Source: a virus
Taxonomy: Duplodnaviria; Heunggongvirae; Uroviricota; Caudoviricetes
Direction: 5' to 3' (one strand)
IMG/VR virus record: IMGVR_UViG_3300009784_000001
Span: 278,418 to 342,417 of that record
DNA length: 64,000 nt
This document shows, piece after piece, positions 20,925-28,412 of this stretch. The translations under genes were made by a program, and so were the position numbers. The notes below the pieces were generated by a model. The model was given only the letters and a program-made list of their open reading frames with translations. It made no database searches and was not told the DNA's origin. Positions within the stretch are counted from its first letter, which is position 1; every line of letters begins with the position of its first letter.

Positions 20925-21419
20925 ATGAAACTATTTCCAATGTCAGAAGACATACAAGAATTATGTGAACAAGTTATGAAAGATGAAGTTCCAGGTCTTG
21001 CTTCTATGGGTTTAAATTTTAAATATGCTGGTAGTCCAAAATCTCCATCAATAGTAAAAATCTCAAAAGGCAATCCTGTTACTGATTTTTTAACACAGGA
21101 AGAAGGTACAATACTTGTTACTGTTTATGAATTAGCTTTTGAAAGATTAACAGATGAATATAAAAAATTGATTTTAGCATCTGCTTTCGCTTCTATTGAA
21201 TATGATTCAGAAAAAGATAAAATTACTATTGGTGGTAATAATGGTACTTCTTTAAATGAAACAATTTATTTGAAGTATAGAGAACCAGCAGTTTTATCTA
21301 TATTTAATGGATATGCTGTTATCAGACAGATACAGGAAGAAGAAAAAGAAGCAAAAGCTCTTGCTGCTGCTGAAAGAGCAGAAAAAAGAAAATTAAAAAG
21401 TTCTTATGCAGGACAATAA
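20925..21419 (+). CDS. phage metallopeptidase-like fold protein (HExxH absent)
   Basis: TVYELAFERL..K.LI pattern. Confidence 0.4.
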   Translation: MKLFPMSEDIQELCEQVMKDEVPGLASMGLNFKYAGSPKSPSIVKISKGNPVTDFLTQEEGTILVTVYELAFERLTDEYKKLILASAFASIEYDSEKDKITIGGNNGTSLNETIYLKYREPAVLSIFNGYAVIRQIQEEEKEAKALAAAERAEKRKLKSSYAGQ

Positions 21420-21420
21420 A

Positions 21421-21543
21421 TTATTTTTGTCTAATAATTACACGTCTGTTTCCACTTCTATTTACAAAAGGTCTTTGAATTGGTTTTTGTATTTGTGAAG
21501 TAGTTCTTTGTTGAACTTGTGGTTTGGATTTACAATTACACAT
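21421..21543 (-). CDS. small basic protein MCNCKSK (40 aa)
   Basis: Manual translation MCNCKSKPQVQQRTTSQIQKPIQRPFVNRSGNRRVIIRQK. Confidence 0.55.
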   Translation of the reverse strand: MCNCKSKPQVQQRTTSQIQKPIQRPFVNRSGNRRVIIRQK

Positions 21544-21602
21544 ACTTTCTACTATTTATTGAAATAAATATTGATTAATTATATTTTTTTAACATTTTAT
21601 AC

Positions 21603-21633
21603 TTTGAAATTAAAAAATAAATTTATATCTTTG
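21603..21633 (+). promoter_or_regulatory. Bacteroidota-type promoter of first tRNA cluster
   Basis: TTTG...TATCTTTG. Confidence 0.75.
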
Positions 21634-21742
21634 CAGTGTAATTCAAATGAATTAGTGTTGAAGTGATAACTGAGTAAGAACATGATACTTCAAATAAATG
21701 TAGTGAGAGATGTACAGCTTTATTCATTTTTTTAGATAAGGT

Positions 21743-21864
21743 TCCCCTGTAGCTCAGTTGGTTAGAGTACTTAAAATGAAGTTTTCTGGGTAGGAAATGT
21801 TCAGCAATATCAATCAAAATCGCTGTTAACGAAGGGGTCGGCAGTTCGAGTCTGTCCAGGGGTT
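21743..21864 (+). tRNA. tRNA-Asn(GTT)-like with 48-nt insertion in anticodon stem
   Basis: Normal D and T arms; removing 21773-21820 gives CTTCG-CTGTTAA-CGAAG. Confidence 0.75.
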
Positions 21865-21911
21865 CAAAGATTTCTTATTTAGATTAAAATAAGTGGCAGA
21901 GAAGAGGATTA

Positions 21912-21968
21912 AGAAAACATACAGCATTTTTTATCAATTCAACCATAGGAAAGAAAAAGTGTTTTCTG
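21912..21968 (+). ncRNA. CAGCA-stem RNA, copy C
   Basis: AGAAAACA-TACAGCA...TGTTTTCT-G. Confidence 0.6.
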
Positions 21969-22194
21969 AAATAAAAAGATAGGGTTCACTGAGTTAAAGT
22001 GAATAGTTCAATACCAAGGTGAGGGAAGTGTTGAATGATAATATAAGTCCTTACATGTAATATAACTACATATCTAACATGTTTTATATATAGTCATGAA
22101 TGTTATAAAACCTCTGGAACATTTTTTTTTATTAGGGTAGTTTTCATTGGATTAGACCCTGACTTTATGGTAAGTTATATTTACCTTAATTTAT

Positions 22195-22270
22195 TGGAAC
22201 TTAGCTCAGCTTGATTTAGAGCATCTGTTTTACAAGCAGAGGGCCGTGGGTTTAAATCCCCCAGTTCCAA
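22195..22270 (+). tRNA. tRNA-Val(TAC)
   Basis: Cloverleaf, TCTGT-TTTACAA-GCAGA. Confidence 0.9.
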
Positions 22271-22279
22271 CAATTAAAT

Positions 22280-22351
22280 CGGGGGATAGAGCAGTGGTAG
22301 CTCACCAGGCTCATAACCTGGAGGTCGAAGGTTCGATCCCTTCTCCCCCAA
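22280..22351 (+). tRNA. tRNA-Met(CAT), initiator-like C1:A72
   Basis: CCAGG-CTCATAA-CCTGG. Confidence 0.9.
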
Positions 22352-22355
22352 CAAT

Positions 22356-22484
22356 AGGAAAGGTACAGCAAATTGAATTAAAATTCTATTTACAATTTTA
22401 CTATGAGGAAGAGAGCTTTCATCTAAAATAGGTGGAAAACAACTCTCAAAGAAATGAGTACTTCTCTAAAAACTCTCTTTCCTG
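22356..22484 (+). ncRNA. CAGCA-stem RNA, copy D (long interior)
   Basis: AGGAAAG-GTACAGCAA...CTTTCCT-G. Confidence 0.55.
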
Positions 22485-22492
22485 ATATCATA

Positions 22493-22620
22493 AAATAAAT
22501 CTTTACATCAAGGTGTACATAAATCTGTATAGTGGTACAAATGAGGGGCAAAGGAGAAGAATTTGCGTAGTCCGCTTGGAGTATCGGGTAGCTATGGTTG
22601 GGAAAGGTAAAGATTTATTT
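22493..22620 (+). ncRNA. candidate structured RNA closed by a 14-bp stem
   Basis: AAATAAATCTTTAC/GTAAAGATTTATTT enclosing GC-richer core. Confidence 0.4.
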
Positions 22621-22636
22621 TTAATTTTTATATAAT

Positions 22637-23071
22637 ATGTTATATTCAATATTATTAACATTAGGATTATTAATTTTAGCTCATTTTATTGGAGATTGGA
22701 GTAAATTTGTTCCATTTCATCAAAAAGTAGTTAATGCAAAAGTTAATAAAACCAATACATCTGGAAATTGGATATTTTTACATTCAAGTATTGTATCTCT
22801 GTATAAAATATTTGCAATTTTAATTTCATCTTGGATTATTCCAATAGGAAATATGCCAGGTTTTTTGAATACAATATGGTTTTATATTATTCTTGTAGTA
22901 ATATTTTTTGGAGAACTAATAACACATTTTGTATTTGATATTTCTAAATGGTTTCTAAATAATAAATATAATCTGAATCCATCAAAAGATATTTATTGGA
23001 CTGTTGTTGGTATTGACCAAATGCTACATTATTTAGTAATGTTAGGAATGTTATATTTATTATATTGTTAA
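22637..23071 (+). CDS. DUF3307-like membrane protein
   Basis: LAHFIGD..H..THFVFD..GIDQMLH. Confidence 0.75.
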   Translation: MLYSILLTLGLLILAHFIGDWSKFVPFHQKVVNAKVNKTNTSGNWIFLHSSIVSLYKIFAILISSWIIPIGNMPGFLNTIWFYIILVVIFFGELITHFVFDISKWFLNNKYNLNPSKDIYWTVVGIDQMLHYLVMLGMLYLLYC

Positions 23072-23079
23072 TTTTATAT

Positions 23080-23165
23080 GGCTATGTGGCGTAATTGGGA
23101 GCCGCAGGGGACTTAAAATCCCCTCTCCTGTAAAGGAGGTACAGGTTCAAGTCCTGTCATAGCTA
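23080..23165 (+). tRNA. tRNA-Leu(TAA)
   Basis: GGGGA-CTTAAAA-TCCCC, long variable arm. Confidence 0.92.
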
Positions 23166-23168
23166 CGA

Positions 23169-23289
23169 TGAGAATTAGCTCAGTTGGTAGAGCAAAGGTA
23201 TTATAAAAAGTTTCTTGAATAAGAAATGTTCAGCAATATTTAAAAATGGGAACTTTATGTCAGCAGTTCGAGCCTGCTATTCTCATCCA
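23169..23289 (+). tRNA. tRNA-like gene (TGG loop) with about 45-nt insertion in anticodon loop
   Basis: TGAGAAT/ATTCTCA-T-CCA, normal D/T arms, AAGGT/ACTTT stem. Confidence 0.7.
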
Positions 23290-23292
23290 CAT

Positions 23293-23366
23293 TTTCTGGT
23301 AGTTCAATTGAATAGAACCTTCGGCTTCTACCCGAAAAGTTGGGAGTTTGAATCTCCCCCAGAAAG
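23293..23366 (+). tRNA. tRNA-Arg(TCT)
   Basis: TTCGG-CTTCTAC-CCGAA. Confidence 0.88.
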
Positions 23367-23383
23367 CAAAATAAATAGAAAAA

Positions 23384-23614
23384 ATGAGTAGTTGTATTAA
23401 TAGATTAGATGATGAATTAGATGACCAGCAATGGAAAGAAATGGTATTAAAATGGAATGGTTTCAAATTTAAAGTAATTGATGAATTAAATGAAGTTAAA
23501 ATTAAGAATAAATATGATACCAAAGAAGTTGAAGAATGGAAATTTTTATTTAATAATAAATCCAAAATATTAGCGAATAGAGAATTGATTAACTTATTAA
23601 AAAATTGGGAATGA
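23384..23614 (+). CDS. hypothetical protein
   Basis: ORF track. Confidence 0.55.
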   Translation: MSSCINRLDDELDDQQWKEMVLKWNGFKFKVIDELNEVKIKNKYDTKEVEEWKFLFNNKSKILANRELINLLKNWE

Positions 23615-23823
23615 ATATAAAGGTAAAAGAATTAATAAGTAAATTACAATTATTTAATCCAGAAGCCGAAGTTGATATTCTATTTAATAATCAACCTTAT
23701 CCTTTGGAAATATATGGTTGGAATTGTGGTGGAGATAATAATTATTCTTCAACTGAATCTAAACAAAAAGCTATTTCAGTATCATTAGGTGGGATTGGGT
23801 TAAATGATAGTGAAAGAATGTAA
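23605..23823 (+). CDS. hypothetical protein
   Basis: ORF track. Confidence 0.55.
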   Translation: MGMNIKVKELISKLQLFNPEAEVDILFNNQPYPLEIYGWNCGGDNNYSSTESKQKAISVSLGGIGLNDSERM

Positions 23824-24159
23824 ATGAAAAGTAAATTTGAATGTAGAGATAAAGTATCATATAATACATTTGAAGAAGCAAATAAAGTATTATCAGTATG
23901 GGATAAAAAGAAAAATAATAGTGAACAATATGCTTATTCTTGTAAAGAATGTGGAAAGATACATATTACCAGTAGAAAGAAACATCTAAATAAAGTAAAA
24001 CCAATTAAATATAAGGAAATTGGATTTACAAATGAGGATAGAAAAAAATGGGGTGGTAGTCGTTCAGTTAAAGAGCAAAAAGAACTTGTAGAAGTATTGT
24101 ATAAAGGAAGAGAAAATAAAAGAGTTACTTTTGGAGATTTATTAAAAAAAGAATATTAA
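23824..24159 (+). CDS. hypothetical Zn-finger protein
   Basis: AYSCKECGKIHIT. Confidence 0.6.
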   Translation: MKSKFECRDKVSYNTFEEANKVLSVWDKKKNNSEQYAYSCKECGKIHITSRKKHLNKVKPIKYKEIGFTNEDRKKWGGSRSVKEQKELVEVLYKGRENKRVTFGDLLKKEY

Positions 24160-24179
24160 GTTTTTTTAATACAAAATAT

Positions 24180-24210
24180 TTTGGTAACTCAAAAATAATT
24201 CTTATCTTTG
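24180..24210 (+). promoter_or_regulatory. Bacteroidota-type promoter
   Basis: TTTG...TATCTTTG. Confidence 0.75.
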
Positions 24211-24231
24211 TAGTGTTATTTGAAATTATAA

Positions 24232-24419
24232 CGAGAGGTAGCTTAATGGCAGAGCGCAGTCGGAATGTAAAATTGCAATTTAATGTTCTTAAACAAGACT
24301 GAATGGTGTGCTGTGAAAGTTTGAAAAAAGTGAATACAAACTGAATGGGGTTGCAAACCTTGCAAGTTATGATGCTTGAAGTAGAATGAGTAATTGAGGT
24401 TCAATTCCCACCCTCTTGA
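24232..24419 (+). ncRNA. enlarged tRNA-like RNA (about 188 nt)
   Basis: CGAGAGG/CCTCTTG acceptor, D arm, CAGTC/GACTG stem, GGTTCAATTCC T loop. Confidence 0.65.
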
Positions 24420-24438
24420 CAAAAAAAATTAAATTGAT

Positions 24439-24705
24439 ATGAAAACATTAAGAGAAAGACAAATTGGTGAAAGATTTAAATATAGAAAAAATATAGTTGA
24501 AGTCAAATCTGTTATTTATAACAAATGTTTTTATTGTCAATTTAGAAATCAATCTAAATGGATTGTAATTCTAAATGGTTGTTATCAAGAAAAAAATATG
24601 TTTGATTCTTGTTCAAAGAAACATAATTGTTCAAGATATACCAGAAAGGATAAAAAAGATGTTTATTTCAAACTAGTCAAAAGACTTTATTTAGAAAGAA
24701 AATGA
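24439..24705 (+). CDS. hypothetical Cys-rich protein
   Basis: ORF track. Confidence 0.6.
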   Translation: MKTLRERQIGERFKYRKNIVEVKSVIYNKCFYCQFRNQSKWIVILNGCYQEKNMFDSCSKKHNCSRYTRKDKKDVYFKLVKRLYLERK

Positions 24706-25265
24706 TAGGTTCAAATAACACTGATAAGTTTAAGATATTCCAAATAAGATGGGCTGAAAAGTTGGGTTATAACGATAATCCATATTTAATAAGGTGGACA
24801 TTTATATTTTTTGGATATTCAATGAGAATACATCATTGGATTAAATCAGATGATAATAGATATTTTCATGATCATTCAAGTGATTTGTTAAGCATTGTAT
24901 TAAAAGGAAAATATACAAATGTTAAACCTCTTATGTGGAAGAAAAATTTACCTCCAACTCATTTATTTGAAGTTGAATTACCACCAGAATCTTCAATAAA
25001 GAGAAAGTTTATTTCAAATACTGTAGAGTATCCAGTTGAAGGTATTTTTAATTCTTGGAAAAATTTCTTCAATATGAAGAAATCAATATGGTTTTCAAAA
25101 GCAACTGAACAACATTACTTGAGTATTCCAAAAAAAGGTGCATGGACATTGTTATTTGAAGGAAAAGCATATCATAAGTGGGGATTTTATGTAAATCAAC
25201 ATAAATGGAGACCATTAAGATATTTCTCAAAGTTTGGTATAATACAAACAGAAAATTATCAATAA
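24702..25265 (+). CDS. cupin-like phage protein
   Basis: RIHHWIKSDD..FHDH..SIVLKGKY. Confidence 0.55.
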   Translation: MIGSNNTDKFKIFQIRWAEKLGYNDNPYLIRWTFIFFGYSMRIHHWIKSDDNRYFHDHSSDLLSIVLKGKYTNVKPLMWKKNLPPTHLFEVELPPESSIKRKFISNTVEYPVEGIFNSWKNFFNMKKSIWFSKATEQHYLSIPKKGAWTLLFEGKAYHKWGFYVNQHKWRPLRYFSKFGIIQTENYQ

Positions 25266-25281
25266 TTTTTAACATAAAAAA

Positions 25282-25313
25282 TTTGGTCATTAAAAATAAA
25301 ATTTGTATCTTTG
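25282..25313 (+). promoter_or_regulatory. Bacteroidota-type promoter
   Basis: TTTG...TATCTTTG. Confidence 0.75.
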
Positions 25314-25607
25314 CATTATAAATTATGTTTTATTGATAGATTCAGGTACTGAATATTGGCACTGTAAAATATAGTTTAGAGTAATAGGCAGTAAGTCATA
25401 TATCTATGAGTAGAGGGTAACGTTTGAAATTAGTATATACTCCTTTGAAAAAGTGCAATGACCTATTATTTTTTATTAAATATTGATAATTTTTTAAATA
25501 ATAGTATATTTATATTAAAAAACTTATAAATGGGTATTGAACCATAAATAAAAAGTAAAAACAAAAAAAGCAATGGGAACAGATGCTTAAAAAAAGAAAA
25601 AAAAGAA

Positions 25608-25739
25608 ATGAGAGAATTTAGTAAACATATTAATAATTTTGTTGAGGTTAGTTATAAACCCAATAGTAATTGTAATTCAAATGAAAAACCATTTGAAGAT
25701 GATAATAATTTGCTAAAAGGATTTTGTGTATATATGTAA
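25608..25739 (+). CDS. putative attenuator leader peptide 1 (Asn/Glu/Lys/Asp/Pro-rich, 43 aa)
   Basis: MREFSKHINNFVEVSYKPNSNCNSNEKPFEDDNNLLKGFCVYM. Confidence 0.7.
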   Translation: MREFSKHINNFVEVSYKPNSNCNSNEKPFEDDNNLLKGFCVYM

Positions 25740-25760
25740 CATTTACTCAAATATACGTTC

Positions 25761-25810
25761 CACAAACCCTGATAGCAAAATTAAAAAAGTTATCAGGGTT
25801 TTGTGTTTTT
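25761..25810 (+). terminator. attenuator terminator before tRNA operon 1
   Basis: CACAAACCCTGATAGC/GTTATCAGGGTTTTGTG + T run. Confidence 0.8.
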
Positions 25811-25817
25811 AATATAT

Positions 25818-25888
25818 GGCGCATTAGTTTAGTGGTAGAACAGGCGGTTTTCAGCCGAAGGAGAGGGTTTCGATTACCCTATGCGCTA
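25818..25888 (+). tRNA. tRNA-Glu(TTC), weak anticodon stem
   Basis: CGG-TTTTCAG-CCG. Confidence 0.75.
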
Positions 25889-25895
25889 CAAATAT

Positions 25896-25968
25896 GTACC
25901 TGTGGCAGAGTGGTTTATGCACTTGACTGTTAATCAAGACTACGAAGGTTCGATCCCTTCTGGGTACG
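25896..25968 (+). tRNA. tRNA-Asn(GTT)
   Basis: CTTGA-CTGTTAA-TCAAG. Confidence 0.9.
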
Positions 25969-25975
25969 CAAAAAT

Positions 25976-26049
25976 AGAGAGTATAGCATAATCTGGTAAG
26001 TGTGCCTTCCAAGTGGGAAGGAGATGTGGTTCAAATCCAATACTTTCTG
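25976..26049 (+). tRNA. atypical tRNA-like gene (loop CAAGTGG, nominal AGT)
   Basis: 8-bp acceptor, CCTTC/GAAGG stem, GGTTCAAATCC; lacks U33. Confidence 0.55.
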
Positions 26050-26056
26050 CAAAAAT

Positions 26057-26128
26057 AGTCTATTGGTCCAGCGGTTAGGATGCCAGATTGTCAATCTGGT
26101 GGCGAGGGTTCAACTCCCTTATAGACTG
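26057..26128 (+). tRNA. tRNA-Asp(GTC)
   Basis: CCAGA-TTGTCAA-TCTGG. Confidence 0.9.
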
Positions 26129-26134
26129 CTATTT

Positions 26135-26207
26135 CTGGGTGTAATTCAGTAGGAAGAATGCTTGGTTTGGGACCAAGATGTCGGGAGTTCGAGCCTCTCT
26201 ACTCAGA
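26135..26207 (+). tRNA. tRNA-Pro(TGG)
   Basis: CTTGG-TTTGGGA-CCAAG. Confidence 0.9.
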
Positions 26208-26214
26208 CAAAATT

Positions 26215-26290
26215 CGGATAGTAGGGAAGCTCGGTCGTTCCCGCCTGCCCTGGACGCAGGAGATCATAGGTTCAAATCCTGTTTATCCGA
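26215..26290 (+). tRNA. tRNA-Pro(TGG), C33 variant
   Basis: CCTGC-CCTGGAC-GCAGG; C1-G72, A73. Confidence 0.8.
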
Positions 26291-26427
26291 CTATAATTAA
26301 AAAAGTTAAAGGGACTTTGAAAAGAATTATAAGTGAAAATAATATGAGTAATAAATTAAAAATAAAACGAAAATGTAGCTGACCTCACAGTTAATATGGG
26401 CTGTGAGGTTGGGAATAAGGATATTAC

Positions 26428-26500
26428 TCCCTCATAGCTCAATGGTTTAGAGCTTCTGTCTTTTAAACAGAAGAACCAGGTCCGATTCCTGGTGGGGGAA
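26428..26500 (+). tRNA. tRNA-Lys(TTT)
   Basis: TCTGT-CTTTTAA-ACAGA. Confidence 0.9.
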
Positions 26501-26518
26501 CTATAAAAATAAAAAAAA

Positions 26519-26740
26519 ATGTTTTGGGATAACAAAAATAAATGTAAGAAGTATTGTATAGGTTGTAAATTTGCAAGTGAATTTAATAATAATTTTTATT
26601 GTGTTAATGAACTTGGTGAATATATTGTTGCAACAAAAAATCAAGTTTTAGTATCATTGGGATATACAGCTTTACATATATGTAGAGGTTTATTAATAAA
26701 GAAAAATTGCCCATTTTTTGAAAAAGATAGAAAATTATGA
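26519..26740 (+). CDS. hypothetical Cys-rich protein
   Basis: ORF track. Confidence 0.55.
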   Translation: MFWDNKNKCKKYCIGCKFASEFNNNFYCVNELGEYIVATKNQVLVSLGYTALHICRGLLIKKNCPFFEKDRKL

Positions 26741-26985
26741 AAGAAATTAGTATTAAAGATGTAATTGATAATAGTAAAAGAGCTAAATTAACTCATGCTA
26801 TTGCAGGGAGATTGTATTATAGGGTAGATGATATAGAAAGAAATACTACATATCAATTTTGTGTAGATATGAATGATAAAGAAGATGTTGGTTCAACTAC
26901 ATTTATTGTAGATGAAAAAGCTATTCTTTTAATGAGATATATTAGAAAATCAAAAGATTCTGGTGATTTAATTCAAATTAAATAG
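26737..26985 (+). CDS. hypothetical phage protein
   Basis: ORF track. Confidence 0.6.
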   Translation: MKEISIKDVIDNSKRAKLTHAIAGRLYYRVDDIERNTTYQFCVDMNDKEDVGSTTFIVDEKAILLMRYIRKSKDSGDLIQIK

Positions 26986-26989
26986 CATA

Positions 26990-27181
26990 ATGAGTTTTAT
27001 TTATGAAATAAAAAATTTAGAGAAAATAAAAGAAGAAGGTAGTATTTACATTCAATGCCCATGTTGCCAAGAAAGTTTTGATTATTATCTAGATAAATAT
27101 GAATTAGATATTTTGAATAAAGAAGAGGACATTTATTGTAAGTGTATAGAATGTGGTAATTCTTTCTATCTTTCTTTGTAG
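26990..27181 (+). CDS. small Zn-ribbon protein
   Basis: CPCC..CIECG. Confidence 0.6.
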   Translation: MSFIYEIKNLEKIKEEGSIYIQCPCCQESFDYYLDKYELDILNKEEDIYCKCIECGNSFYLSL

Positions 27182-27312
27182 ATTATCAAAAAGTGATAAA
27201 AATCATTTTATGTATTGTAAAAGATGAAAAGAATAAATTTGGTATATTCAATAATAATTTGTACTTTTGCGATATAATTATCTATTTATAGATACAACAA
27301 AAAAGTATAAAA

Positions 27313-27648
27313 ATGAAAAAAAGAATTATTATTTTATTATCATTATTTTTCATAATGAACATAAGTCAAGCAGCTATTTATAAAACAAAAAGTGAAAGTG
27401 ATGTAATTGAGAATAGTACAGGTTTATTTGGAGAAAAAAAAGTAGAGAAAATTGAAAATACAGAAGATAATTATGGTGGATTATTCAGAGCATCAGATCC
27501 AGGTGGAAGACCAGGGAATGGTGATGGAATTGGTCAGCAAGCACCATTAGGTGATGGATTAAAAATATTACTTATACTTTGTTTTTTCTTTCTTCTTTAT
27601 GAATTTTCTACAAACAAAAAAATTAACATAAAAAATTTGGATAATTAA
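27313..27648 (+). CDS. secreted protein with C-terminal sorting-like motif
   Basis: Signal peptide; QAPLGDGLKILL + TM + basic tail. Confidence 0.6.
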   Translation: MKKRIIILLSLFFIMNISQAAIYKTKSESDVIENSTGLFGEKKVEKIENTEDNYGGLFRASDPGGRPGNGDGIGQQAPLGDGLKILLILCFFFLLYEFSTNKKINIKNLDN

Positions 27649-27667
27649 AAAATAAATTGTAATTTTG
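27636..27667 (+). promoter_or_regulatory. Bacteroidota-type promoter
   Basis: TTTG...TAATTTTG. Confidence 0.65.
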
Positions 27668-27704
27668 TAGAGTAATAAGATATTTATAAGATATAAAAAT
27701 AGAT

Positions 27705-27782
27705 CGTGGTGTGGAGGAGTCTGGCTTTCCTCATCTGGCTCATAACCAGAATGTCACATGGGTTCAAATCCCATCACCGCAA
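27705..27782 (+). tRNA. tRNA-Met(CAT), initiator-like C1:A72
   Basis: TCTGG-CTCATAA-CCAGA. Confidence 0.88.
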
Positions 27783-27787
27783 CAAAT

Positions 27788-27841
27788 AGAAAACATACAG
27801 CATTTTTTCAATTTTCAATGGGAGAAAAAAAGTGTTTTCTG
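27788..27841 (+). ncRNA. CAGCA-stem RNA, copy E
   Basis: AGAAAACA-TACAGCA..TTTTC-AATGGGA-GAAAA..TGTTTTCT-G. Confidence 0.65.
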
Positions 27842-27850
27842 AAAAAAATA

Positions 27851-27932
27851 AGGAAAGATACAGCAATGTTAAATGGTTAAAAGAAAATTCTGTAAAAATT
27901 TTTTGAAAAGGTTCAAATCCTATTCTTTCCTG
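27851..27932 (+). ncRNA. CAGCA-stem RNA, copy F, tRNA-Tyr(GTA)-like
   Basis: AGGAAAG-ATACAGCAA, AAAATT-CTGTAAA-AATTTT, AGG-TTCAAAT-CCT, CTTTCCT-G. Confidence 0.7.
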
Positions 27933-27968
27933 TAAATTTGAAAAGTTAAATTAAAAAAAATAGAAAAA

Positions 27969-28079
27969 ATGAAACAAATTAGTAGTACATATTGTCTTGG
28001 AAGTTCATCAGCGATTAGTTTTGCTGGTACAACATCCTTTTGTACTTATCATTTTTATGATAATTTTGTTTCAAGTTAA
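27969..28079 (+). CDS. putative attenuator leader peptide 2 (Ser/Thr/Phe/Tyr/Cys/Ala-rich, 36 aa)
   Basis: MKQISSTYCLGSSSAISFAGTTSFCTYHFYDNFVSS. Confidence 0.8.
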   Translation: MKQISSTYCLGSSSAISFAGTTSFCTYHFYDNFVSS

Positions 28080-28108
28080 AAAAAGAATTACCTTAACCTG
28101 GCAAGGAT

Positions 28109-28153
28109 AAACCTGAAACAAATCTATAAAAAAGAAAAGTTTCAGGTTTTTTT
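28109..28153 (+). terminator. attenuator terminator before tRNA operon 2
   Basis: AAACCTGAAAC/GTTTCAGGTTT + T run. Confidence 0.8.
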
Positions 28154-28162
28154 AATTTATAT

Positions 28163-28247
28163 GGAAAGTAAACCTATAAGGTGTAGGAACCGCCTGCTAA
28201 GCGAGTTGTACAATTAAATGTATGTGAATCGTGTTCACTGCTCTCCG
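28163..28247 (+). tRNA. tRNA-Ser(GCT), non-canonical T arm
   Basis: CGC-CTGCTAA-GCG, long variable arm, G73. Confidence 0.75.
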
Positions 28248-28288
28248 CAAAAGTTCTTTGAAATTGTTGGTTAATTATAAATTATTAT

Positions 28289-28371
28289 GGATTAGTTGGG
28301 TAGTGGCAATCCCAAGACACTGTAACTGTCTCGCCTTCGGGCTTTCGCTGGTTCGAGTCCAGCCTAATCCA
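28289..28371 (+). tRNA. tRNA-Tyr(GTA)
   Basis: AGACA-CTGTAAC-TGTCT. Confidence 0.92.
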
Positions 28372-28412
28372 CATAAAAATATTTTTCTTAATAACTATAC
28401 TTTTTTAGTTCG

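Noticed and set aside
21682-21752. Fourth leader peptide for the first tRNA cluster
   Set aside because: The ORF runs into the tRNA and no terminator/antiterminator pair is evident.
22531-22584. 16S rRNA-like words (GGTACAAA..CGTAGTCCG..TTGGAGT)
   Set aside because: Short, gapped resemblance only; cannot be distinguished from chance.
24232-24419. tmRNA
   Set aside because: Has a paired D arm, no G3.U70, too short, no clear tag frame.
25818-25888. Opal suppressor (TCA) reading of this tRNA
   Set aside because: The 7-nt loop TTTTCAG centres on TTC, and the Glu codons in leader 1 fit a Glu identity.
21900-27940. CRISPR array from the repeated ACAGCA motif
   Set aside because: Copies are dispersed, divergent and self-pairing, with no regular repeat-spacer period.
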